IMG/VR virus record: IMGVR_UViG_3300025103_000025
Span: 1-50,323 of that record
Source: a virus
Taxonomy: Duplodnaviria > Caudoviricetes
Strand: one strand, 5' to 3'
DNA length: 50,323 nt
Shown: positions 1 through 8,500 of the stretch, in pieces
Layout of the letters: each line of letters opens with the position of its first letter
Position numbering within the stretch: the first letter of the stretch is position 1
Program-made: the position numbers and the translations under genes
Notes under the pieces: generated by a model
Seen by the model: only the letters and a program-made list of their open reading frames with translations
Databases searched by the model: none
Told to the model about the DNA's origin: nothing

Positions 1-111
1 AATACAAATATAGAAAAGTATGTAAAGCATAAATACATAAGGCATGCCGAGCCAGTTCCTGCTGGTTTGGGAAGAGATAGCTTTTTAGTAACAATGTGGA
101 AAAGGGTCTAA
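1..111 (+). CDS. 3' end of a truncated ORF, probably a virion head-tail/neck protein
   Basis: Frame 1 is open from base 1 (NTNIEKYVKHKYIRHAEPVPAGLGRDSFLVTMWKRV) to TAA at 109-111, 3 bp before the next ATG. Function inferred from position only. Confidence 0.5.
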   Translation, partial: NTNIEKYVKHKYIRHAEPVPAGLGRDSFLVTMWKRV

Positions 112-114
112 TTA

Positions 115-768
115 ATGAAAATAGGTCTTAAAATACTTGAGAATGATGCGACGATACAAAAGAGAGTGTTGAAGCTTATCAAGGGAGCTGTTGATTCTGC
201 AATTAAGAGGTCTGTTGGTGTTGTATCCACAGAAATCAAAAGGCTTGTTAGACAAGCAATAGTCTCTTCTGAAGAATACCGAGAATTACTAGGTGGAGAA
301 TTGCAGGGAGAACTCGGGGTTCCTGATAGTTCAACCAGATTAGATTACATATTAGAAATATGGCTGAATAGCCTAGCGGTTTCAAGAAAACCCGTTAGAA
401 TTTCAGGCTCCTATATAACTGGTGGTTTTTCAATTTTTATGATAAGAGAAGATTGGTCTGATGTTTTAGGCTCTTCTTCTGCCCAATATGTAACCGCTAA
501 AGGCAAAGTGATACCTTGGCTTGAATGGTTACTTTTGGCTGGTGATGCAACAATAATAACAGATTATACATTTTCTGCTAATGTTCCACAGAATTTTAAT
601 AGCAGAACTGGAAGAGGTGTCATGCTGGAGGCTCCACAAAGAAGATGGAGTGTTCCAAGAAAATATGCAGGTACGGCGGCAGATAACTTTGTTACTCGTT
701 CTCTACACGGCATAGGAGAGCAAATAGGAAGTATTATGCAGAAAGAAGTCCAAAAGAGATTTAAATAA
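115..768 (+). CDS. Hypothetical virion morphogenesis protein (neck/tail completion region)
   Basis: 217-aa ORF whose stop overlaps the next start (TAATG). Lies upstream of the terminator-like and tube-like genes. Confidence 0.5.
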   Translation: MKIGLKILENDATIQKRVLKLIKGAVDSAIKRSVGVVSTEIKRLVRQAIVSSEEYRELLGGELQGELGVPDSSTRLDYILEIWLNSLAVSRKPVRISGSYITGGFSIFMIREDWSDVLGSSSAQYVTAKGKVIPWLEWLLLAGDATIITDYTFSANVPQNFNSRTGRGVMLEAPQRRWSVPRKYAGTAADNFVTRSLHGIGEQIGSIMQKEVQKRFK

Positions 769-1757
769 TGGCACTGCAAGATTATACAAAACTAAAGGGA
801 GTCAACGATGTAGGCGATAGCCTTTTCATGTCTACCCTTGAAAATAATTTGAAAGTTTTCTTCGACTGGGGACTGTTGGGAATCGGAGCATGGTTTGATG
901 TTCAGATACCCCAATCCGGAGTTTACGGAGGATACTATCATAAACTGAGACGAGTTGATGACCCATCATATGATGACGGTCAAGTTTGGGAAACACCCAG
1001 AAAAGACTTAGTTTGGGAGACAGGAGTTTCTTACCCAAGTGGTTTGGCTACTGTTCAACCAGTAAGAATTTCTGGTGTTTATGTTGATGGGACTAGTGCT
1101 TCAAGTTTTTATGGACCCGGTGATTCTACTTATAGTCACCATATTGATTACCCGTTGGGTCGGGTTGTTTTCGATACTGCTATAGATACGTCCAGCGATA
1201 TCTATATGAATTATAGTTATCGTTGGGTTCAAACTTATTTGGCAGACAAAGCCCCTTGGTGGCAGGAACTTCAGTATGGCTCTTTTAGAGTTGATGGTGA
1301 CCATATAACCCAGACAGGTTCTGGTGACTGGTCTATCGGAGGCAATCATAGAGTCCAGCTGCCTGCTGTCGTAATTGAGGCTGTTCCAAGGAGGTATTCT
1401 CAGGGATACGAACTTGGTAACTCAAGCCTAAGGACATATCAGGACGTTTTATTTCACGTAATAGCAGAATCAAAATGGCAAAGGAACCAACTTGTGGACA
1501 TATTGAGTGTTCAACAGGATAAGTCCATTTATTTATTTGATACTAATAAAGTAGCTGAAGACGAAAAGTATCCTCTTGATTATAGGGGAATGTTGGCAAG
1601 TGGTAATCCGCTAATGTATCCAAATCTAGTCGCTGCAAGCGGTTATAGGTGGAGAGAATGCAGGTTTAGAAACTCTGTTTTATCAGAAGTAGAGTCTCCT
1701 AGCCCTAATTTACATGAAGCTGTTGTCAGAACAACATTCGAGGTCGTTATTAGCTAG
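768..1757 (+). CDS. Putative tail terminator/neck protein
   Basis: 329 aa. C-terminal LPAVVIE...DVLFHVIAE...RNQLVDIL pattern resembles tail-terminator folds, and the gene is directly upstream of the tube-like gene. Confidence 0.45.
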   Translation: MALQDYTKLKGVNDVGDSLFMSTLENNLKVFFDWGLLGIGAWFDVQIPQSGVYGGYYHKLRRVDDPSYDDGQVWETPRKDLVWETGVSYPSGLATVQPVRISGVYVDGTSASSFYGPGDSTYSHHIDYPLGRVVFDTAIDTSSDIYMNYSYRWVQTYLADKAPWWQELQYGSFRVDGDHITQTGSGDWSIGGNHRVQLPAVVIEAVPRRYSQGYELGNSSLRTYQDVLFHVIAESKWQRNQLVDILSVQQDKSIYLFDTNKVAEDEKYPLDYRGMLASGNPLMYPNLVAASGYRWRECRFRNSVLSEVESPSPNLHEAVVRTTFEVVIS

Positions 1758-1850
1758 TGTTTGGCTTAATATTTTTGATTTACGGTGTATATTATTTATA
1801 ACAATGGCATAAGGCCAATTAATGGATAGCTTTCAAAGGAGGCTTTTAGT

Positions 1851-3059
1851 ATGGCTAACAATAGAATTTTCTATGCCTGTCAACAGGTTGGTTTGAAACC
1901 AGATGGTAGCACAGACGCTTTTTCCGTAGTTCACGGTGTTCAAAGCGTTGGTATTACCACAAACTTTAATCTAAGTCAGGTGTTCGAGCTCGGTCAGATT
2001 TCCATCTACGAAAATATCGAAGATATTCCAGATGTGGAAGTCACAATGAGCAAAGTTTTAGACGGTACTCCCCCAATTTACTGTCTGGCAACAAAGGGTG
2101 CTACCACACCCACACTTTCTGGTCGTCAAAATGAGAAGAGTGTATTTGCACTGTCCATTTTCCCTGATACCAATGACTCTGCAAACGGAGTCCCTAACTC
2201 TCAGGTTGAATGTTCAGGTATGTTCGTTTCTTCTTTGGCATACAACTTCCCACTGGAAGACAGTTTTACTGAAGATGTTACCTTGGTTGGAAACCATAAG
2301 ATTTGGCACGCAGATAGTCGTGTTGTAAGCGGCGGACTAGCCGAAAATGCTTATGGTGTCCCCGACCTTGATTTCTATGGTGGTTTTACAGACTCTGGCG
2401 AAGACCCTAGTGGCCTTGGTACTGGTGGTGGTGTAAACCGTCGAGAAAATATCATCTTTGGAAATTCGACTTTTGGCTCTGGTACTAACTCAAATGGTTA
2501 TCACCGAGACCCAGATATCAGCTGTCTTCCAAAAGAAATTTATGGTATCACCTCTTCTGGCACTAATGAAAAAGATTCTGCGGGCTCCTTTGGTGCTCAC
2601 ATTAGTAATATTAGTGTTTCTTGTGACCTTGGTCGTGAACAGATTCTGGAACTAGGGCGTAAATCGCCTTATCACCGTTTCGCTTCTTTCCCAATTGAAG
2701 TTACAACAGAAGTTGAAGTTACTGCTGTTAGTGGTGACTTGATTTCTGCAACTGAAGAGGGGATATTGAGTGGAGGTGGAGCTGGAGCTTACTCAACCTG
2801 TGGTGCTGACTCTGGTAACTTGAGTAACGCTACTATTCGTATTGCAACCTGTGATGGTTTGAGAGTTTATCTCGGCAAGCAGAATAAGTTAGCTTCTGTC
2901 AATTACGGAGGAGGAGATGCAGGTGGAGGAAACGCAACAGTTTCTTACACATTCACAACCTTCAATGACTTTACTGTTATGCACCTTTCCGATGTAGCTG
3001 GTGAAACAGCCAATTGGACTCAGGTGAAGAACAAACTGGGCTACTTAGCTCCAGCCTAA
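1851..3059 (+). CDS. Putative major tail tube protein with two tandem tube-like domains
   Basis: 402 aa, rich in G/S/T/V, strong SD (AAGGAGG) upstream, hairpin downstream. Internal repeat QVFELGQISIY..IPDVEVT / QILELGRKSPY..FPIEVTT. Canonical position before the chaperones and TMP. Confidence 0.6.
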   Translation: MANNRIFYACQQVGLKPDGSTDAFSVVHGVQSVGITTNFNLSQVFELGQISIYENIEDIPDVEVTMSKVLDGTPPIYCLATKGATTPTLSGRQNEKSVFALSIFPDTNDSANGVPNSQVECSGMFVSSLAYNFPLEDSFTEDVTLVGNHKIWHADSRVVSGGLAENAYGVPDLDFYGGFTDSGEDPSGLGTGGGVNRRENIIFGNSTFGSGTNSNGYHRDPDISCLPKEIYGITSSGTNEKDSAGSFGAHISNISVSCDLGREQILELGRKSPYHRFASFPIEVTTEVEVTAVSGDLISATEEGILSGGGAGAYSTCGADSGNLSNATIRIATCDGLRVYLGKQNKLASVNYGGGDAGGGNATVSYTFTTFNDFTVMHLSDVAGETANWTQVKNKLGYLAPA

Positions 3060-3073
3060 GTCATGTATGAACT

Positions 3074-3116
3074 TGACCAAGTGCGGGGGTGGCATATGCT
3101 GCCCCCGCTTAGGTCA
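3074..3116 (+). terminator. GC-rich stem-loop after the tube gene (terminator or mRNA-stabilising hairpin)
   Basis: GCGGGGGTGGC (3083-3093) pairs with GCTGCCCCCGC (3098-3108) using G-U pairs, with an outer TGACC/GGTCA pair. No U-tract follows. Confidence 0.5.
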
Positions 3117-3169
3117 GCTGTGATTACGATTACAGCAGGGTAAAAGATGGGAAATTTTAGGATTTAAAA

Positions 3170-4213
3170 ATGGACCTAGCACAAAGAGAAGGTGTTCTTT
3201 ATAGAATTTTTTCTGGTACCACTAGGCTATTAATTGATGGAACAAGATATATTTTTAAGAACCCTTCCGCAGAAGATAAATACACTGCACAGGAAATGTA
3301 TCAACAAGAAATCAAAAGAAACCGCTATGAAAATTGGCACACTAAAAAAACAGTCCTAAATTTTCTCCATGAACAAGACATTTTCACCCAAGAGGATGAA
3401 GATAGACTGAAAAAGATGGAGGACGACATAGAAGAACTTAAATTTCAGCTCTTCACTTCTATGCTAAACGCCGAGAAATCGAAATTTATAAGACTGACTC
3501 TAAGCAGAACAAGGACTATTATGTCCAATCTCCTCTCTGCAAAGGGCTGTCTAGACCACACAACCAAAGAAGGATATGCCTCATTAGTCAAGACACAATA
3601 CTTGACAGGCCGCTCTTTGTTTGGCGAAGATGGCGAGAGGTTGTCTGAAGAAGATTATACTCCAGAGCTTATAGAAAAGGTGATGGTAGAAGTCTCCAGA
3701 AGTTCAGTTTCGCAGGCCGCGTTAAGAGAGTTGGCTAGGTCTGAGCCTTGGAGGGCTTATTGGGGCTCGTCGGGTAAACAAGGTGTTTTTTCTGGTATTC
3801 CAATTGATTACACGGAAGACCAGAGAGGCCTGATACTTTATAGTAAGATGTATGATGGTGCATATGAGCACCCTGAATGTCCTGATGATGACGTAATTAA
3901 TGATGATGACTTATTCGATGGTTGGATGATACATCAAAGGAAACAGAGAGAAGGAGACAAGAAAAAGAAAAGCATAGAGTCTTCTATAAATGAAAAGCAA
4001 AAAAACGCTGAAGAACTTTATGTAATGTCTCCGAACACCAAAGAGGCAAATAAAATAAATGAACTGAATACCCCGGCGGCTAAGAACAAGCGCAAAAGAA
4101 GGGATATAAATTTGAGAAAGAAGGGAACTATGAGAGAAGCAGAGCTTCCCGACAAGAAACAAGAAATTATAATGCAGGCCAACAGGCAGTTCGCCGAGAA
4201 ATTTAAGGGATAG
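3170..4213 (+). CDS. Hypothetical protein, possibly tail assembly chaperone-related
   Basis: 347-aa charged, helical-looking ORF between the tube and TMP genes. Confidence 0.45.
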   Translation: MDLAQREGVLYRIFSGTTRLLIDGTRYIFKNPSAEDKYTAQEMYQQEIKRNRYENWHTKKTVLNFLHEQDIFTQEDEDRLKKMEDDIEELKFQLFTSMLNAEKSKFIRLTLSRTRTIMSNLLSAKGCLDHTTKEGYASLVKTQYLTGRSLFGEDGERLSEEDYTPELIEKVMVEVSRSSVSQAALRELARSEPWRAYWGSSGKQGVFSGIPIDYTEDQRGLILYSKMYDGAYEHPECPDDDVINDDDLFDGWMIHQRKQREGDKKKKSIESSINEKQKNAEELYVMSPNTKEANKINELNTPAAKNKRKRRDINLRKKGTMREAELPDKKQEIIMQANRQFAEKFKG

Positions 4214-4217
4214 CAAA

Positions 4218-4598
4218 ATGGAAAAGCAAGAGAATCTGGACGATTATAAGAAGCTTAGAGAGCAAACAAAAAAGTACAACGACGAGAAGTACAGAGAAAG
4301 CTCAAAAAAGCGTCTTATGAAAAATGTCGAAAGAAAATTTAAGACAACTATGATTGGGGCCCTTGCTTCTTTTGAAAAATATTTTGGAGACCTATGGGGA
4401 CATGATGAAGGAGAACTCTCAGACGAGCAAATAAAAATGAAACAATTTTGGGAACAGGCTAGAACTGAAATATTGAATAATGGAAACAGTCAATTGAGGA
4501 TAGCACAAGAGGAAATTGCACAGTATACAATGACATGGAACAGATATCATATAGATTTTGTTCTTTCTCCAAGTAAAGAGGATGATAAGGAAACTTAA
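4218..4598 (+). CDS. Hypothetical protein (tail module)
   Basis: 126-aa ORF packed tightly between its neighbours. Confidence 0.5.
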   Translation: MEKQENLDDYKKLREQTKKYNDEKYRESSKKRLMKNVERKFKTTMIGALASFEKYFGDLWGHDEGELSDEQIKMKQFWEQARTEILNNGNSQLRIAQEEIAQYTMTWNRYHIDFVLSPSKEDDKET

Positions 4599-4599
4599 A

Positions 4600-5523
4600 A
4601 TGGTAAAAAAAGAAGAAAACCAAAGAGAATTTGAAGCTGAAGTAACTGAAAAAAATAAGGAAGTTAAGAGAGCCTTTAAGTTAACTGAAGTATCTCTTAA
4701 TCAGCAGAATGAGGCTACCAAGGTTTATAATAGAGCATTTAGAGATGCACTAGAATCAGGGGCTTTGCTTCGAAATAAGCTTGAAGACCACATGCGAACA
4801 CAAGGTTTGTGGGATGATAGTAAGCAAAAAGAGCTAGAAGAAGTGCAGAGTGCAATCTTAGAAAACGAGAAAAAGTTGGCTAAGGGTGGTATTAGGCTCA
4901 AAGTTGCCAAGGACCTAGCATTAGAAATGGCTGATGAAAGAGTCAATATGAGAAATATTCTTATGCAAAGGAACAGCTTAGATGGCAATACTGCTGAAGG
5001 ACAGGCAGACAACGCAAGATTTGACTATCTGGTATCGGCAAGTTTGGTGTATACTGATAGTGGAAAGCCTTATTTCAAAGACTTGGCAGACTATAGAAAT
5101 AGAAGCACTGAGCCTGTTGCCTTGGAAGCTGCAAGAAGACTTGCTCAGATTATTTATGGCCTAGATTCAAACTATGAAAAGAATTTACCAGAAAATGAAT
5201 TTTTGGTTGAATTTAAGTTTGCTGATGATGAATTGAAACTTGTTAATGACAAGGGCCAACACGTTGATAGAGAGGGAAACCTTCTTAATGAAGACGGAAG
5301 ATTCATTGATGAAGAGGGAAATCTTATCGACAAAGAGGGTAATCCTGTAACAGAAGACGGTCAGTACAAGTTTGAACGTGCTCCGTTTCTGGATGATGAT
5401 GGTAAGCCTGTGGCCGAAGAAAAGGCAGAGGCTGAAGAAGAAGAATCAGCATCAGAAGACGAAGGCGAAGAGGAAGCTAGTGAGGAAGCTAAATCCGAGT
5501 CTGAAGAAAAGACCGAAGCATAA
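4600..5523 (+). CDS. Putative tail assembly chaperone with 7-aa DxxG repeats and an acidic tail
   Basis: ATG at 4600 has an AAGGA SD and is preferred over the track start at 4558. Directly upstream of the TMP. Contains repeats VNDKGQH/VDREGNL/LNEDGRF/IDEEGNL/IDKEGNP/VTEDGQY and an E-rich C-terminus. Confidence 0.5.
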   Translation: MVKKEENQREFEAEVTEKNKEVKRAFKLTEVSLNQQNEATKVYNRAFRDALESGALLRNKLEDHMRTQGLWDDSKQKELEEVQSAILENEKKLAKGGIRLKVAKDLALEMADERVNMRNILMQRNSLDGNTAEGQADNARFDYLVSASLVYTDSGKPYFKDLADYRNRSTEPVALEAARRLAQIIYGLDSNYEKNLPENEFLVEFKFADDELKLVNDKGQHVDREGNLLNEDGRFIDEEGNLIDKEGNPVTEDGQYKFERAPFLDDDGKPVAEEKAEAEEEESASEDEGEEEASEEAKSESEEKTEA

Positions 5524-5535
5524 AAAAACGGACAG

Positions 5536-5584
5536 TGGTTATACCGGAGTGACCTTACTACACCACCGGTATAGCCATTTTTTT
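5536..5584 (+). terminator. Intrinsic terminator-like hairpin just upstream of the TMP gene
   Basis: TGGTTATACCGG (5536-5547) pairs with CCGGTATAGCCA (5566-5577), followed by T7. Confidence 0.65.
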
Positions 5585-5599
5585 GTAGAGACAGGATAA

Positions 5600-8500
5600 A
5601 TGCCCAAACCATTTAATCTAACTGCGCAGTTAAACATAGTAGGACCAACCAACCTTAGGCCGGTTGTTAATAATCTACGTAAGCAGCTTAGTGGGATAAA
5701 TACAAACGTCAATGTTAATATAAGTCGTAGCGCAAGTCGCAACGTATCTGTATTAAACAAAAGCGTTCAGAATCTTACCAAAAGTCTTCAGCAAGCCAAC
5801 TCTCAGGCCAGCACACTTTCTGCGACGATGGCTCAGCTGGGCGCGACCATAAAAAATATTGGCTCCAGCACAGGAAAAGCTACTTCTGGGCTGAACAATG
5901 TCAGTAATTCAGCCAATCAGGTCGGCAAAAGCGTCCAGCAGGCTGGAAGTCAGATGGAAGAGTTTGGTCGTATATCTGGTCTTGCTTTGAGAAGATATGC
6001 AGGTTTTACGGTTGCTACCACTCTTACCTTTGGGTTTGTCAGGGCTGTATCAGATGCTGTTGGCGAAGCTTTAAAGTTTGAAAGAGAATTAATAAAAGTA
6101 GCACAGGTTACTGGTAGTTCTATAAAAAGTCTTAAAAGCCTAACCTCTGAGATAGGCAAACTAAGTACAAGTCTGGGTGTTTCCTCAACTGAGCTACTAG
6201 AGGTTTCAAGAACATTGTCTCAGGCAGGGCTGTCTGCCACAGAGGCCAAGAGAGCTTTAGACGCCTTGGCTAAATCGGCCTTGGCTCCTACCTTTAATGA
6301 CATACGTAACACTACAGAAGGTGTTATAGCTGTTATGTCTCAATTTGGTATTGGGGCCAGAAATATAGAAAAGGTTCTTGGTTCTTTAAATGCTGTTGCC
6401 GGGAAGTTTGCTGTTGAAGCGGAGGACTTAATATCTGTTATTCGTCGTACTGGTGGTGTATTTAAAGCAGCTTCGGGAGATATAGGCAGTCCCATAAAAC
6501 AGCTTAATGAGCTTGTTGCCGTGTTTACTTCCGTTAGAGCAACCACTCGCGAAAGCGCGGAAAGTATCGCTACTGGTCTTAGAACTATCTTTACACGTAT
6601 CCAAAGACCTAGTACTCTTAAGTTCTTAAAGCAGTTAGGGGTAAACCTACAAGACTTAGAAGGAAAGTTTGTGGGTCCGTTCAAGGCTATGCAGCTTCTG
6701 AATCAGGCGCTGGTATCCCTAGACCCTAGAGACGTTCGCTATGCAAAAATTGTAGAACAGCTTGGTGGTTTCCGTCAAGTTGGTAAATTGATTCCAGCTA
6801 TACAGCAGTTTGCCAAGGCACAAGAAGCTCTTGGTGTAGCTATGGCTGGGCAAGGCAGTTTAGCCAAAGACGCCCAAACAGCACAGCAATCTCTATTGGT
6901 TCAAACACAGAAAGTAAGGGAAGAATTCCTAAAGCTGTTTCGTGACATTACTGGAGACTCATCATTTCAGGTGTTTGCCAAAGGGGCTCTTCAGCTAGCT
7001 TCATCTCTCATAAAGTTAGCCGACTCCTTTAGGCCTATCCTGCCAATGCTAACGGCAGTTGCTACGATTAAAGCTGGAAGTGCGTTGAAGCAGTTTGGTA
7101 CGGGCTTCTTTGGCGGTATTAGGTCTGCGGGAGGAGCAAAGGCGGTTGGTTCTGGGTTGGCTGGAGCTGCAACCGGAGCGGGGGGTCAGGCTGCGAATCA
7201 AGCTAGTCAGGCTTTACAAGCTATAACAAAAGCAAATACGAGTGCTTTGCAGGCCAACACAAAAGCGGTTGCTTTTTTATCTGGTTCGGTTAAAAACCTC
7301 TCAAGGATTGTTGCTAGCAGAGGGTTCGGTGGTGGACCAAGAGGGCCAAGAGCTCCTAGAATAAGACCTCGTCTTGGTGGTCAAGTATATCCTAGAAAAT
7401 TTGCATCAGGCGGATTTGTTCCCGGCTCTGGGAATTATGACAATGTTCCTGCTATGCTGACTCCGGGTGAGTTTGTAATTAAGAAGTCTGCTGCTCAGGC
7501 ATTAGGCCCTGATTATCTTAATAGTGTAAATCGAAGGCAAAGAGGAGGAAAGATACAGCGATTTAAAAATGGCAAGGAGGTTAAACCACCTGAGCCGTCG
7601 CCTACAACAGTTACGGTTACCGACCCAGATTACGGTGTCGCCGGCTATCAACTTCAGGGCGATGTTAAACAAAAAGCTAGAGAATACGGAAAGATTGACG
7701 GAGTTGCTAAATCCGCTGCCAGCCAAGAACGCTTGTATGAGGCAGTTGAATCAGCAGGAGGTCTGCCCAAAGATACTAGTGGTAAAAATATTAGCCAAAG
7801 TGAATTTGTAAAGAGGGGACAAAAGTCGGGAGGACTGCCTCTAAAAGTAATAGCCAGTCCCTACATCTCATTCATGAATAAAAAAATGGATGCTATGTTT
7901 ACACAAGTGTTTGAGGATAACTTTGATGCTTTTATTAGTGGCATATTGACAGCAGGTTTTGGGGCGGGCACAGCCGCAATTCCAAAAGCTTTAAATAATA
8001 CGCCTACTGAAGAGGAGATAAAAACTTCTCTAAAAAAAGAACTGCAGCCGGAAACCATTGGGGGATTAATGTTCCAAGGTTTCACAAACGCTTTTACCAG
8101 AACGAAACCTCCCGACGATACAGGTCAGGGAAGATGGGACCTCGCGCCAAGTACAAGCCCGGACTTGTTTGGGAATCTTTTTGACTCTAGGTTTGCAGAG
8201 CTGACAGACGCTGATAACAAAAACACGATTAACAGCAATATGATTGCCTCAGTTGTAGATAAGGCTATTGGTGGGGGCAAGGAATTGGTAGCGGCTGGTC
8301 CCGGTTTACAAATAGCTACGACTACTCCGGGAGGGGAAATGGATGCCGGCCGAGAGGAATCGTTTAAATCAGCGTCGGTTAGGTATAAAGAAGGTAAGAA
8401 AAAAGCTTCTGGTGGTTCTATAGCAGGAAGTGACACAGTACCCGCCCTTCTTACTCCCGGCGAGTTTGTCATCAATAAACAATCTGCTTCTAGAATTGGT

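Noticed and set aside
4558-4600. Overlap of ORFs 4218-4598 and 4558-5523 as a lambda G/GT-type programmed frameshift
   Set aside because: The shift needed is +1 rather than -1, I see no clear slippery heptamer in the overlap, and the downstream ORF has its own SD and ATG at 4600.
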